Origin: Azolla caroliniana
Taxonomy: Eukaryota; Plantae; Polypodiophyta
Direction of reading: 5' to 3'
NCBI GenBank assembly: GCA_043228905.1
Contig: JBHGNT010000010.1
Coordinates: forward strand, 14,570,001-14,634,000
DNA: 64,000 nt
Under the pieces are notes generated by a model. It was not told where the DNA came from, ran no database searches, and saw nothing but the letters and a program-made list of their open reading frames with translations. Positions 48,648 through 58,189 of the stretch are shown here, piece by piece (the first letter of the stretch is position 1; the number at the start of each line of letters is the position of its first letter). The position numbers and the translations under genes are program-made.

Positions 48648-51600
48648 CTATCCCCCCTTTAAAACGACGAGTTTCACGAGTCGTTTTGGATTGAGGACCC
48701 GGTTTCTCGGGATATCGTCGATGGAAGTCTTCTAGAAGAGCACGAGCATTGGTCACATTCTCGATCGGTTCCCAAGTACGCTCGCTGGGACTATATCCTA
48801 GCCAATCGACTAGATAGTAGAGCTTGTTGCGAACAATCTTGGAATCGAGGATGGCAGCGACCTCATACTCAGGTCCATCTTCGAGCTCGATAGGAGGTGG
48901 AGGTTGTATAGTACGTCCTGGGATAGTGCTCTCGTGATAGGGTTCGAGGAGAGAACTATGAAACACCGGGTGTATCCGAAGTTGCGGAGGTAGCTCGAGA
49001 CGAAAAGCGACATCATTAATCTTCCCGATAATACGGAAAGGACCTAATCGTCGATAATCCAACTTCTCACATGGGCGAGTAGTCTTGATGTGTCGTCGTA
49101 GCAGCCACACCCGATCTCCAATGTTAAAACTGGATGGAAGTCGATGACGATCTGCGTAGTCCTTGTGTGATTGTTGAGCTTGCTGGAGTTGAGTAGATAA
49201 ATCCGCTTGTATCTTGCGTAACCGCTCCAAACGATCCTCCGCGCAAGGATTTGTGGACACTTCTGGGGTTTCAAGGACACACCACCGGGGATGATATCCC
49301 GTATAAGCGTAGAATGGCGTGACTTTAGTCGATGCGTGGATAGCGTTATTATAGGCAAATTCGGCGAACTGAAGAATATCTGCCCAGTCATTCTGATGAT
49401 AATTGAGAAAGCACCGCAGATACTGCTCCAGTGTTTGATTTGTTCGTTCGGCTTGACCGTCGGTTTGTGGGTGGTAGCCGGAGGAGAGGTTACAAGTGAC
49501 CTTCAGCATTTTAAAAAGGTGCTTCCAGAATTTTGACACAAACTGGGGTCCACGATCGCTGATGATATTATCAGGGAGTCCATGATGCCGACATACTTCC
49601 CGCATGACAATTTCGGCGGTGTCTTCACTAGATATTTCTTTAGTACATGGTAAGAAATGAGCCATCTTCGTATATCGATCCACCACTGTGAGAATCGCAC
49701 TGAATCCCTTAGAGACTGGAAGATCTGTAATGAAGTCAAGAGCAATGGATTGCCATGGCTTGCTTGGAATTGGTAATGGTTCTAATAAACCATATGGATG
49801 ATGTCTTGGCATTTTCGCTCTGCAGCATGTATCGCAAGTCCGAACAAAATCTTCGACAAATTGTCGCATACGGGGCCACCAGAATGATCGTTGTACTAAA
49901 TCTAATGTTTTAGTACTACCAAAATGTCCTGCTGTATATGTGTCATGGCAGTTTTGTACTACTCGAAGGCGGCAAGAACCATTAGGAACATACAAAAGTT
50001 CTTTAAAGAAGAGTAATCCATCACAGTATTTGAATTGCCGATAATCCGTACCTGGTGATTGTGATTGTGAACATGACGCTCGAGAGGGGTCAATTTGTGC
50101 TAGTATAGCTTGGGCGAAAGCGTCAGTCTTCAAGTCCTCACGTATAGTATTGGTAATGTCGGAATCCACGGGCATGTCAAAGATCTGTGCTGCTTGCAGT
50201 CGTGCTGGACCCAAGATTACTTGCTTCTGGTTATCGAAAGCTGGCTCACCGGGACGTGGTGTTAGATACGAACGCCGTGATAATGCATCTGCCTTCCCTT
50301 GGTGCTTCCCCGGACGATATGTAATTTTGAAGTCGAAGCGTGTGAGGAAGTGGGCCCACCGAGCTTGACGTCGATTCAGTACACGAGCATCTTGAAAGTA
50401 GGCAAGGTTCTTGTGGTCACTGAATACAATGACCTGATGAGGAGATCCCTCCAGGAAATGCCTCCATTGCATAAAAGAATCAACTATTGCTAATAGCTCT
50501 TTATCATGAATTTCGTAGTTGATTTCGGCGGCGTCAAACTTACGGGAGTGGAAAGCCACAGGATGTAGCTTCTCGTCGTTACCCTGTTGTGACAGAATGC
50601 TCCCCAATGCGAAATCCGATGCATCAGCTTCGATAATGAATGGTTTTTCCGGATCCACATGACCTAAAATTGGAGCTGATGTAAACGCCTTCTTAAGACT
50701 CTCGAAAGCCATGTCCGTCTCTTTAGACCAAATGAATGATTGTCCCTTCCTGGTGAGCTGTGTGAGAGGCAGCACAATTTTTGAGTAATTTTGTATGAAC
50801 TTCCGGTAGAAATTTGCAAAGCCTAGGAAGCATTGCACATCCCGCACCGAACGCGGAGTGTGCCATTCTATCACCGTTTTGACCTTGGCTGGGTCCATAG
50901 ATATGCCTTCTGAGGAGATGACATAGCCGAGAAACTCCACTTGGTTGCACCCGAAACTACATTTCTCTAACTTTGCATACAGACCATGTTCTCGAAGTCG
51001 TTTTAGTACTAATAGTACATGAGAATCATGTTCTTCTTGGGTCTTTGAATAAACCAGTAGATCATCCAAATAGATGATCAAAAAATCATCCAAGAGATCT
51101 CGAAATATATCATTCGCCATGTGCTGGAAGACTGCCGGCGCATTAGTGAGTCCGAACGGCATGACCGTATACTCGAAGTGCCCATATCTGGTGCGAAACG
51201 CGGTCTTCCATTCATCTCCTGGTCGGATCCGTACGAGGTTATAGGCTCCTCGTAAGTCGATCTTCGTGAAGAACCTGGCACCGTTGATCCGTTCTAAAAG
51301 ACTTGAGATAAGGGGAAGAGCATACCTATTTCTTACTGTGACCTTATTCAAGCCACGGTAATCTACAACGAGTCGAAGCGAGCCATCTTTTTTCTTGACG
51401 AAGAAAATGGGTGCGCCGGCTGGAGATTTCGAATGCCGAATGAAACCGTTCTCCAAATTCTCCTCTATATAGGCTCGAAGGACTTCTAGCTCGGTTGGTG
51501 ACAAATTGTAGATCGGCCCCCATGGCGGCTCTTTTCCCGGTTGTAAGTCGATGGCGCAGTCGTACGGCCGATGATGAGGAAGTGTGTTGGCTTGTACTTT

Positions 51601-52236
51601 ATCGAACACATCAGCATACTGACGATACTTCTCGGGAAGTTGAACGGTGGACTCCTCTTTGGTGGTGCTGGAGGGTTGTACTGATATTGCAAAGAGAAAC
51701 ATTTCCTCCTTGCGCCCTTCCTCACGCAACTGACGTAGCGAAATGGTTGCAACCTTCTGGGTAGATCCTTGGGTTTGTCGCAACCGGATTTCCCTTGTCC
51801 TCCAATCTATGTCTGGGTCATGTAACTCGAACCATGGTAATCCTAAAACTATGGGATGTTCTGGAATACTAATAATATTAAATGATACTACACATGTTAA
51901 GTTATCTAGGACAATATTAACGGGTTCCGACTCTTCTATGATATTACCAGAAGCAATGGGACGACCATCAATGACTACTACTGAGGCTGGACATGGGAGC
52001 TTTCTGAGAGATATCTGATGAGCTCGGGCAAAATTCCTATCCATGAAGCAAGAATTAGCTCCAGAATCTAGAAGGGCTAAGGTATGTACTGGAGGGGTAC
52101 TTTTAGTACTAACTGCTACTTGGACTACGAACACATCACTAACTTGCTTAGAGGGAATGGAACCACTAATGGGCTGCACAGATCTAGGGCTGTCCAACCA
52201 AACGGCTCCTATTTTGGCTGGACTTAGTCGTTTAAC
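48640..52236 (-). CDS. pol: Pol: protease, RT, RNase H, integrase, chromodomain (likely expressed via -1 frameshift from gag)
   Basis: 1185-aa ORF: LLDSGA, KIDLRGAYN, YLDD, DASD, HPQTDGQAER, GPF, YEVAAILDS...YLVDWLGY...TWEP; the frame is open back to the slippery site at 52236. Confidence 0.95.
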   Translation of the reverse strand, partial: VKRLSPAKIGAVWLDSPRSVQPISGSIPSKQVSDVFVVQVAVSTKSTPPVHTLALLDSGANSCFMDRNFARAHQISLRKLPCPASVVVIDGRPIASGNIIEESEPVNIVLDNLTCVVSFNIISIPEHPIVLGLPWFELHDPDIDWRTREIRLRQTQGSTQKVATISLRQLREEGRKEEMFLFAISVQPSSTTKEESTVQLPEKYRQYADVFDKVQANTLPHHRPYDCAIDLQPGKEPPWGPIYNLSPTELEVLRAYIEENLENGFIRHSKSPAGAPIFFVKKKDGSLRLVVDYRGLNKVTVRNRYALPLISSLLERINGARFFTKIDLRGAYNLVRIRPGDEWKTAFRTRYGHFEYTVMPFGLTNAPAVFQHMANDIFRDLLDDFLIIYLDDLLVYSKTQEEHDSHVLLVLKRLREHGLYAKLEKCSFGCNQVEFLGYVISSEGISMDPAKVKTVIEWHTPRSVRDVQCFLGFANFYRKFIQNYSKIVLPLTQLTRKGQSFIWSKETDMAFESLKKAFTSAPILGHVDPEKPFIIEADASDFALGSILSQQGNDEKLHPVAFHSRKFDAAEINYEIHDKELLAIVDSFMQWRHFLEGSPHQVIVFSDHKNLAYFQDARVLNRRQARWAHFLTRFDFKITYRPGKHQGKADALSRRSYLTPRPGEPAFDNQKQVILGPARLQAAQIFDMPVDSDITNTIREDLKTDAFAQAILAQIDPSRASCSQSQSPGTDYRQFKYCDGLLFFKELLYVPNGSCRLRVVQNCHDTYTAGHFGSTKTLDLVQRSFWWPRMRQFVEDFVRTCDTCCRAKMPRHHPYGLLEPLPIPSKPWQSIALDFITDLPVSKGFSAILTVVDRYTKMAHFLPCTKEISSEDTAEIVMREVCRHHGLPDNIISDRGPQFVSKFWKHLFKMLKVTCNLSSGYHPQTDGQAERTNQTLEQYLRCFLNYHQNDWADILQFAEFAYNNAIHASTKVTPFYAYTGYHPRWCVLETPEVSTNPCAEDRLERLRKIQADLSTQLQQAQQSHKDYADRHRLPSSFNIGDRVWLLRRHIKTTRPCEKLDYRRLGPFRIIGKINDVAFRLELPPQLRIHPVFHSSLLEPYHESTIPGRTIQPPPPIELEDGPEYEVAAILDSKIVRNKLYYLVDWLGYSPSERTWEPIENVTNARALLEDFHRRYPEKPGPQSKTTRETRRFKGGIVS

Positions 52237-53393
52237 TCTTCTTCTAATTGGCTAAGGACATCAAATTTGTTTGCGAGATTCGGACTATTAGTACTATTAG
52301 GACTATTATGACTATGAGGATTATCAGAGATTCCTACTGAAATAGACTCGGGTTTAGTATAGTCAGAACTAACAATGACTTGGTTTACCTGCCTTCTTGG
52401 TCTATGGGGACAGTTTATCGCAATATGCCCTGGTCCACCGCAATAAAGGCATAATCGGTTTGTTCGGCGTCGTTGCTTTTCCTCCTCCGATAGCGGCCCA
52501 CGACGACGTGTAGTGTCAATTTCCATTGGAGTTGGAGTACTTACTGGAGGCGCATTATGTGACTCCCTTTGAAAAGGTTTCGCTACCACTGAGGCATAGG
52601 TAGGCTCGGATCTTGCCCTCGGCATCTGAAATTGTCGTTCCGAACGTCGCTCGAAGAGGCGGTTGTCACATCTGACCGCTCGACTGATTGCTTCTGTTAA
52701 TGATTTTGGCTCTTCAGGGAAAGTCAAGAGTAAATCCTTGACATCGTTGCGTAGACCATAGCGGAACTGCTCCATCAATGCTTGATCATCCCAGGGGATA
52801 TCGGCGGCGAGTAGGCGGAAATCTGCAGCATATGCGGAGGCTGGACGGTCACCTTGGCGTAATCGCCGGATTTTGTTGATTGCAGTCCTTATGCTGTCAG
52901 TATCTCCAAAACATGCTTTAAACTCACTTATGAATTCTTCAAAATTATTTAGTACTGGAGATTCCTTTTCTAGTAGCGGAGCGAACCATGCTAATGCTGA
53001 GCCATTTAACAACGTGCCTACTAAACCCACTCGTGATGCATCGGTGGGATATCGGGACGGATGCATTTGAATAACTAACCGTACCTGGTTAAGAAACCCT
53101 CTAAACTGCGATCGCGTTCCATCGAACTTCGTGGGAAGGCCAATCTTGGGTTCTTTATGAATCCCTTGTGCTCCGTGCCCTTGTTGTTGCATTGCTACGA
53201 TGGTTGCTTCGAGTTGTTGCACGCGTAACGCAAGTTCCCCATGCTGTTGTTGCGTTTGCTGCTTTTCTAAGGAAATTTGCTGAAGATCCCCCAACAAGCG
53301 TTGATTTTCTTGTTCCAAAGCATGAAACTTCTCTTTCAAGCATTGAAATTCCGAGAAAACGGATTGATACTCTTCAGCGCTAACGGTGGCCAT
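52224..53393 (-). CDS. gag: Gag (PEG10/sushi-like capsid, N-terminal coiled coil, CCHC knuckle)
   Basis: 389-aa ORF: KFDGTRSQFRGFLNQ, LRQGDRPASAYAADF, CLYCGGPGHIAINC. Confidence 0.95.
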   Translation of the reverse strand: MATVSAEEYQSVFSEFQCLKEKFHALEQENQRLLGDLQQISLEKQQTQQQHGELALRVQQLEATIVAMQQQGHGAQGIHKEPKIGLPTKFDGTRSQFRGFLNQVRLVIQMHPSRYPTDASRVGLVGTLLNGSALAWFAPLLEKESPVLNNFEEFISEFKACFGDTDSIRTAINKIRRLRQGDRPASAYAADFRLLAADIPWDDQALMEQFRYGLRNDVKDLLLTFPEEPKSLTEAISRAVRCDNRLFERRSERQFQMPRARSEPTYASVVAKPFQRESHNAPPVSTPTPMEIDTTRRRGPLSEEEKQRRRTNRLCLYCGGPGHIAINCPHRPRRQVNQVIVSSDYTKPESISVGISDNPHSHNSPNSTNSPNLANKFDVLSQLEEELND

Positions 53394-53468
53394 GGGATGA
53401 AGGAAAAGGGAAATAAGAGACTAGTAGGAAAGGAGAGAGGCAGAAGGAAGAGGGAGACTAGTAGGCGG

Positions 53469-53480
53469 AAATCGGTTCAA
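53469..53480 (-). promoter_or_regulatory. Non-tRNA primer-binding site (putative self-priming)
   Basis: Minus-strand TTGAACCGATTT 2 nt after the 5' LTR; reverse complement of LTR sequence 53734-53723. Confidence 0.8.
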
Positions 53481-53482
53481 AC

Positions 53483-53615
53483 TGTCAGGAACTCTATTAA
53501 GGCAGAGAAGGAATTAGTACTAAAAGAAGGATTAGTACTATTGTTGGGGAATAGTACTAAGACAGAGAAGGATTAGTACTATGAGAGGTGTCGAACTTTG
53601 AGAGAAGGAATGAGT

Positions 53616-53653
<38 letters not shown>

Positions 53654-53943
53654 TGATGCGAAAGATATATGTATTATATGACGGAAGATATACAACAGTA
53701 GTTAGAAGGCTTAAGACTGGCGTTGAACCGATTTGGTTCGAACTAATGCCTTGCGCCTCCTTTTATAGTGTCTTCAGGAATACTCCTGAAGTTTCTAGAA
53801 TGTTCCAGAGAAATCTGGAATATACATCAATTTCCTAATAAAACCTAAATGAAAATAATATCCTTCAAATTACAACTCATAACCTAATGGTAAAGTCTCG
53901 ACCCGTGTAACAAAAGGTTATGGGTTCGAGTCTAGTTATGACA
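53483..53943 (-). repeat. 5' LTR (461 bp) with TATAAAA at 53767-53761
   Basis: Direct repeat of 48189-48647. Confidence 0.96.
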
Positions 53944-55239
53944 TCCACAAGCCGACAACTCAGGAATTACGCGCACAATTCCGACCACGTAGAGTATAGC
54001 GGAATGTACGGGCACAACTCCGACTACAAAGATCGTGGCGGAATGTATGCACACAACTCCGACTGTGGCAGAATGTTCATGATGAAACATAGAGCAAACT
54101 CTATGTCGGCCTCAACCTCCACTAGTGCCCTCAATCCGGAGGACGTATGGTTTGTTGACTCCGGAGCCTCAAACCATATGACATCTCATAAAGAATGGTT
54201 TCTCGAACTTCGAGAGCTGGAGCGAACCGGTTATGTCGAAACTGGAGATAACACTACGCACCTGATTCAGCACATCGGCAATGTTCCATTTGGCGAAAGA
54301 GGTAAGCAAACATACATTAAAAATGTCTTGCATGTTCCCACCATCATGAAGAACTTGGTCTCAGTCGGCCAAATGGTTGAGCAAGGGATGCAAGTACGAT
54401 TCGACCAAGAAGGGTGCTTCATCGAAAAAGAGTGCCGAATCATCGCACGCGGAAGAAGAGAGGGCCGGATGTTCATTCTCGATTCACACGAGATGAAATC
54501 CGCCATGTTCGCAAAAAGCACGAATGCCGACCTTGTATAATGTTTAGTCTTTCTCCTTTGTTAAGTAACTTTACCTTGCGTATTCTTTGTGTCTTACTCC
54601 TTGTCTCTCTCTCTCTCTCTCTCTCTCTCATACACACAATTCATATCTATTCCGCTGCACATAATCCATCTCGTGATTCTTTACAGATTATTATACTTGT
54701 GCCCACTACCTATTTTGAGGTTTCCTCGGCTGATCACCCATGTCGACTCGTGTAGAGTCGTTTAATACCTATCTTCGGCTAATATGCCGATGGAGACTAG
54801 ACTCCTCTTTAGATCGGGTACGTGCCGAACTCTGTGCAGGGTTATTGTGTTGCCATTTGGCAGTCTGATGGAAACCTCCCCAGTTCCGGCTATCTTGCAC
54901 TCCTGCCCGTTTCCCAATCAGACTGTGTCGTTGGCGTCAGCTGAATAGTTCGAGAACCATTCAATGTTGGGGGTCACGTGAAATGTGGCGCCAGAGTCTA
55001 GTAGCCACGTGTGTGCAACTTGTGCACTGTAGAGGATTTCTCCGATCATTGATTCCTCTAAGGAGAGGATTTCTCCGGATCGAGTGTCGGCAACGTTGAT
55101 CCGGTTGCCGACTGGAGAGTAGTCTGAGTCAAAACGTCCCCGATTCTGCTCGGATCACCGACCACTCTCTTTTTCTTTTTAATGACCAACAGTCGAAAAC
55201 ATTGTGGCCAACTTTCTTGTAGTGTGTGCAGTACTCGCT

Positions 55240-55356
55240 TGATCGTCCCATTGGTTCCGGAAATATCATAGAAGAGTCAGAACCCGTTAATATTGTCCTA
55301 GATAACTTAGCATGTGTAGTATCATTTAACATTATTAGTATCCCAGAACATCCCAT
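55240..55356 (+). other. ~115-bp inverted fragment of the chromovirus protease region
   Basis: Reverse complement of ~51852-51968 with several mismatches. Confidence 0.8.
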
Positions 55357-55794
55357 CGCGAGGGGGAGTGTATAAGTGCCTGTGTAAAGGAGAGCATCTA
55401 GGGAGGACCCCAGAGAGCTCGTGGCCGTGAATTATATGAGGGTATTGTAAGGGGCTCGGGCCAAGCGGACAAGACGGCTTGTTGGCTTGCCCTAGACCCC
55501 AACAACCGACCATGTGATGTCTGTTCGATGGCATGTTCCCGTGAAAGAGAGGGATCTCAGAAATATCACATCTTTGCTTCTAGTGGGTCTGAGACTTCGG
55601 ATACCATAGGATTAGGAATCGACATAGGAATCGACAAGAGTTCAGTCTCGGAAGGCCAAACCGGTTAAGCTTTAATCGGTTTGGAAGTTTCCAAACCTGA
55701 GCCGCCGAGCCGTTGCCAACTCCTGCGTAGTAGGATTCATGTTCATGTAAAGAGAGCTGTTTTCAGGGCTCGTATTCACCAGAGACATCATTTC

Positions 55795-55870
55795 TAGGGT
55801 TTCGGATTTTATCTGCATTTATCTTGTTTACGGTTAGGGTTTTATTTCAGAGATATCCTTTTTAGGGTTT
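55795..55870. promoter_or_regulatory. Three telo-box-like motifs (TAGGGTTT) upstream of the PPR gene
   Basis: TAGGGTTT at 55795, 55835 and 55863. Confidence 0.4.
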
Positions 55871-55990
55871 AAAGAGAGCTCATCTTTCGAGGGTCAACGT
55901 CTGAATAAAGGGAAATTATCGACTCGCCCCATGTCCATTTTCTGTATTTGACCTCCGAAATCATGACTTCGCTTTGTTTGAGCAGAGAAT

Positions 55991-58189
55991 ATGCATCGAG
56001 AACTCCAGAGGAAGATATTCCTACATTCTCTACAAGAATGTGCACAGAAAGAAGACATATCCACGGGAAGGAAGATGCATTGTCTCTTTCTTCTTCAGAA
56101 CATTTGGTCGTCTGGAGTTTTAGAAGACTATCTTCTGCGTCTCTATGCATTCCATGGAACCTTACTAGAAGCAAATCTAATATTTTGTGAAAGCTTCAAA
56201 CCTTCCGTATATACATGGTATGCTATCATCTCTGCTCATATTGCACATAACGAAGGTCATGTAAGCTTAATGCTATATCAAAACATGATAAAGAATGATG
56301 TTATTCCTAATAATTACATACTGTCTTGCATCATGAAATGTTGCTCCTTAAATGTTGTCACTTGTGGTATGATTATCCATCATCATGCCATTGAATATGG
56401 ACTTTTTTCAGATGTAGTTGTTGCCACTTCTTTGGTTAGCCAGTACGCTAGATGTGGTATGTTGAGAGATGCATACAATGTGTTTGAACGAATGAAGAAT
56501 CGAAATGTTGTAACTTATGGAGCGATGATATTGGGGTATGCTCGGTATGGCTGTATAATTCAAGCATTTGAGCTTTTTCATTTGATGCAAAATAATGAGA
56601 AAATAATGCCGAATCGAGTTATATTCTTTTGTATGATTTCAGCTTGTGGTGTTTTATCAGGTCTAGAAGAAGGTCGATTCATTCATGATTTAGTTATCCG
56701 AAATGGTATCGAATCAGATCTTGCTGTTGGAAATACTTTGGTTGATATGTATGCAAAATGTGGAAGCATCAAAGAAGCACAAAATGTATTTGATATTTTA
56801 CCTGATCGGAATATTGTGTCTTGGGGTGCAATGATTACTGGATATGCTCATTTAGATTATGGCTCAGTAGCACTTCAACTATTTCGAGAAATGCAAAAAA
56901 ACAATATCAAGCCAAATAGGGTTATTTATCTCTCTGTCTTGAAGGCATGTGTCAATGTTGGTGTAATAGATCAAGGTGAAGCAATACATAACCAAATATT
57001 GGCAAGTGGTTTAGACTTGGAGTTACCTATTAGAAGTTCCCTCATTGACATGTATGTGAAATTTGGAAACCTGACAAAAGCTCGTAGGATCTTTGACAAT
57101 TCGCCTTTTAAAAACGTCGTCTTATTTTCTGTAATGCTTTCTGGATATTTGCAGCATGAAGAAGATCTGTTAGCATTTCAATTGTTTGAAAAAATGGAAG
57201 AATTTGATATTGTACCAGATATTTATGTCTTTACATGTGTCTTGAAAGCATGTGGCCTTGCAAGATCTCTAGTTGAAGCAAAGTGGATTCATTGTTCTAT
57301 TATTAGAGCTAATCTTGAATGTGATATAGCAGTTGGAGGCTCGCTTATCGATGTCTATTCTAAATGTGGTTGTTTGGAAGAAGCACGTAAAGTGTTTGAT
57401 AAGTTACCTCAAAAAAATGAAGTGGCTTGGGGTGCAATGCTCTCTGGATACAACCAACATGGCCAAGAGTGTCTAGCATTGGATCTTTTCCAAAAGATGC
57501 TAAATGATGGTGAAAAGAATCCTGATAAAGTTCGTTTATTATGTGTTCTGAAAGCTTGTGGAAGAATGGGGGCATTATTTCATGGGAAAACAATTCATGC
57601 TTTGATTAAGACTAACAAAGTTAATGTAGATGTGATCCTTGGGAATGCTATGATTGACATGTATGCTAAATGTGGCAATCTTGAAGAGGCATATGTAGTG
57701 TTTAATGAATTGAAAGAGCGAGATATAGTATCATGGGGTGCAATGATTGCTGGATATGCTCAACAAGGTAGGCACGAGATGGTGAAGCAACTTCTCGGAG
57801 CAATGCAATGTGAAGGAATATCTCCAAATGGTGTAATATATAGCAGTATACTTTCGGCCTGTAGTCATTCGGGTGAAGTAAAGGAAGGTTATGGTTACTT
57901 TATTTCTATGAAATTAGATCATGGAATTTTACCAAGTTATGAACACACTAATTGTATGATCGATCTACTTAGCAGGGTGGGAATGTTGAATGAAGCAAAA
58001 AAGCTCCTTCAAGATAGTATGTCTTCATTATCTGATACTATGGCATGGACATCCTTATTAACTGCATGTAGAACATATGGTAACTTGGAGCTTGGGAAAC
58101 AATGCTATGAAAAAGTTGTCCAGTTGAGTCCTGACATTTCCTCTGGTTATGTAACTATGTCAAATATATTTGCCGATGCACATTTATGA
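55991..58189 (+). CDS. PLS-class pentatricopeptide repeat protein with E domain (organellar RNA-editing factor type), no DYW
   Basis: Intronless 732-aa ORF with repeated P-L-S motifs (LVDMYAKCGS.EA..VF, VSWGAMI.GY, VLKAC) and E1/E2 motif WTSLLTACRTYGNLELG...YVTMSNIFA. Confidence 0.93.
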   Translation: MHRELQRKIFLHSLQECAQKEDISTGRKMHCLFLLQNIWSSGVLEDYLLRLYAFHGTLLEANLIFCESFKPSVYTWYAIISAHIAHNEGHVSLMLYQNMIKNDVIPNNYILSCIMKCCSLNVVTCGMIIHHHAIEYGLFSDVVVATSLVSQYARCGMLRDAYNVFERMKNRNVVTYGAMILGYARYGCIIQAFELFHLMQNNEKIMPNRVIFFCMISACGVLSGLEEGRFIHDLVIRNGIESDLAVGNTLVDMYAKCGSIKEAQNVFDILPDRNIVSWGAMITGYAHLDYGSVALQLFREMQKNNIKPNRVIYLSVLKACVNVGVIDQGEAIHNQILASGLDLELPIRSSLIDMYVKFGNLTKARRIFDNSPFKNVVLFSVMLSGYLQHEEDLLAFQLFEKMEEFDIVPDIYVFTCVLKACGLARSLVEAKWIHCSIIRANLECDIAVGGSLIDVYSKCGCLEEARKVFDKLPQKNEVAWGAMLSGYNQHGQECLALDLFQKMLNDGEKNPDKVRLLCVLKACGRMGALFHGKTIHALIKTNKVNVDVILGNAMIDMYAKCGNLEEAYVVFNELKERDIVSWGAMIAGYAQQGRHEMVKQLLGAMQCEGISPNGVIYSSILSACSHSGEVKEGYGYFISMKLDHGILPSYEHTNCMIDLLSRVGMLNEAKKLLQDSMSSLSDTMAWTSLLTACRTYGNLELGKQCYEKVVQLSPDISSGYVTMSNIFADAHL

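Larger units (their letters stand above)
48189..53943 (-). mobile_element. Intact, very recent Ty3/gypsy chromovirus (Tcn1/Tf1-sushi-like), TSD TCCAC
   Basis: LTRs 48189-48647 and 53483-53943 appear identical except for one GA unit; uninterrupted gag and pol; PPT 48648-48661; TCCAC at 48184-48188 and 53944-53948. Confidence 0.97.
46904..54685 (+). mobile_element. Internally deleted Ty1/copia (gag-PR only), TSD GATTA, split by the chromovirus
   Basis: 5' LTR 46904-47290, PBS TGGTATCAGAGC 47291-47302, gag 47324-48188 + 53944-54529, truncated 3' LTR 54530-54685; GATTA at 46899-46903 and 54686-54690. Confidence 0.9.
45660..55240 (-). mobile_element. Old Ty1/copia remnant (zinc knuckle, protease, integrase) at the base of the nest; pieces 45660-46903 and 54686-55240
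   Basis: EYCTHYKKVGHNVFDCW, WLLDSGATFHVT, FCEHCRYGKQ, LELVHINICG, YFITFVDDCTR; no LTRs recognised. Confidence 0.8.

Noticed and set aside
52224-53393. Domesticated PEG10/RTL-like host gene
   Set aside because: Flanked by identical LTRs and a TSD, so it is the retrotransposon's gag
55369-55760. Possible LTR after the PPT-like tract
   Set aside because: No partner LTR or clear 3' end in the window, so boundaries cannot be supported
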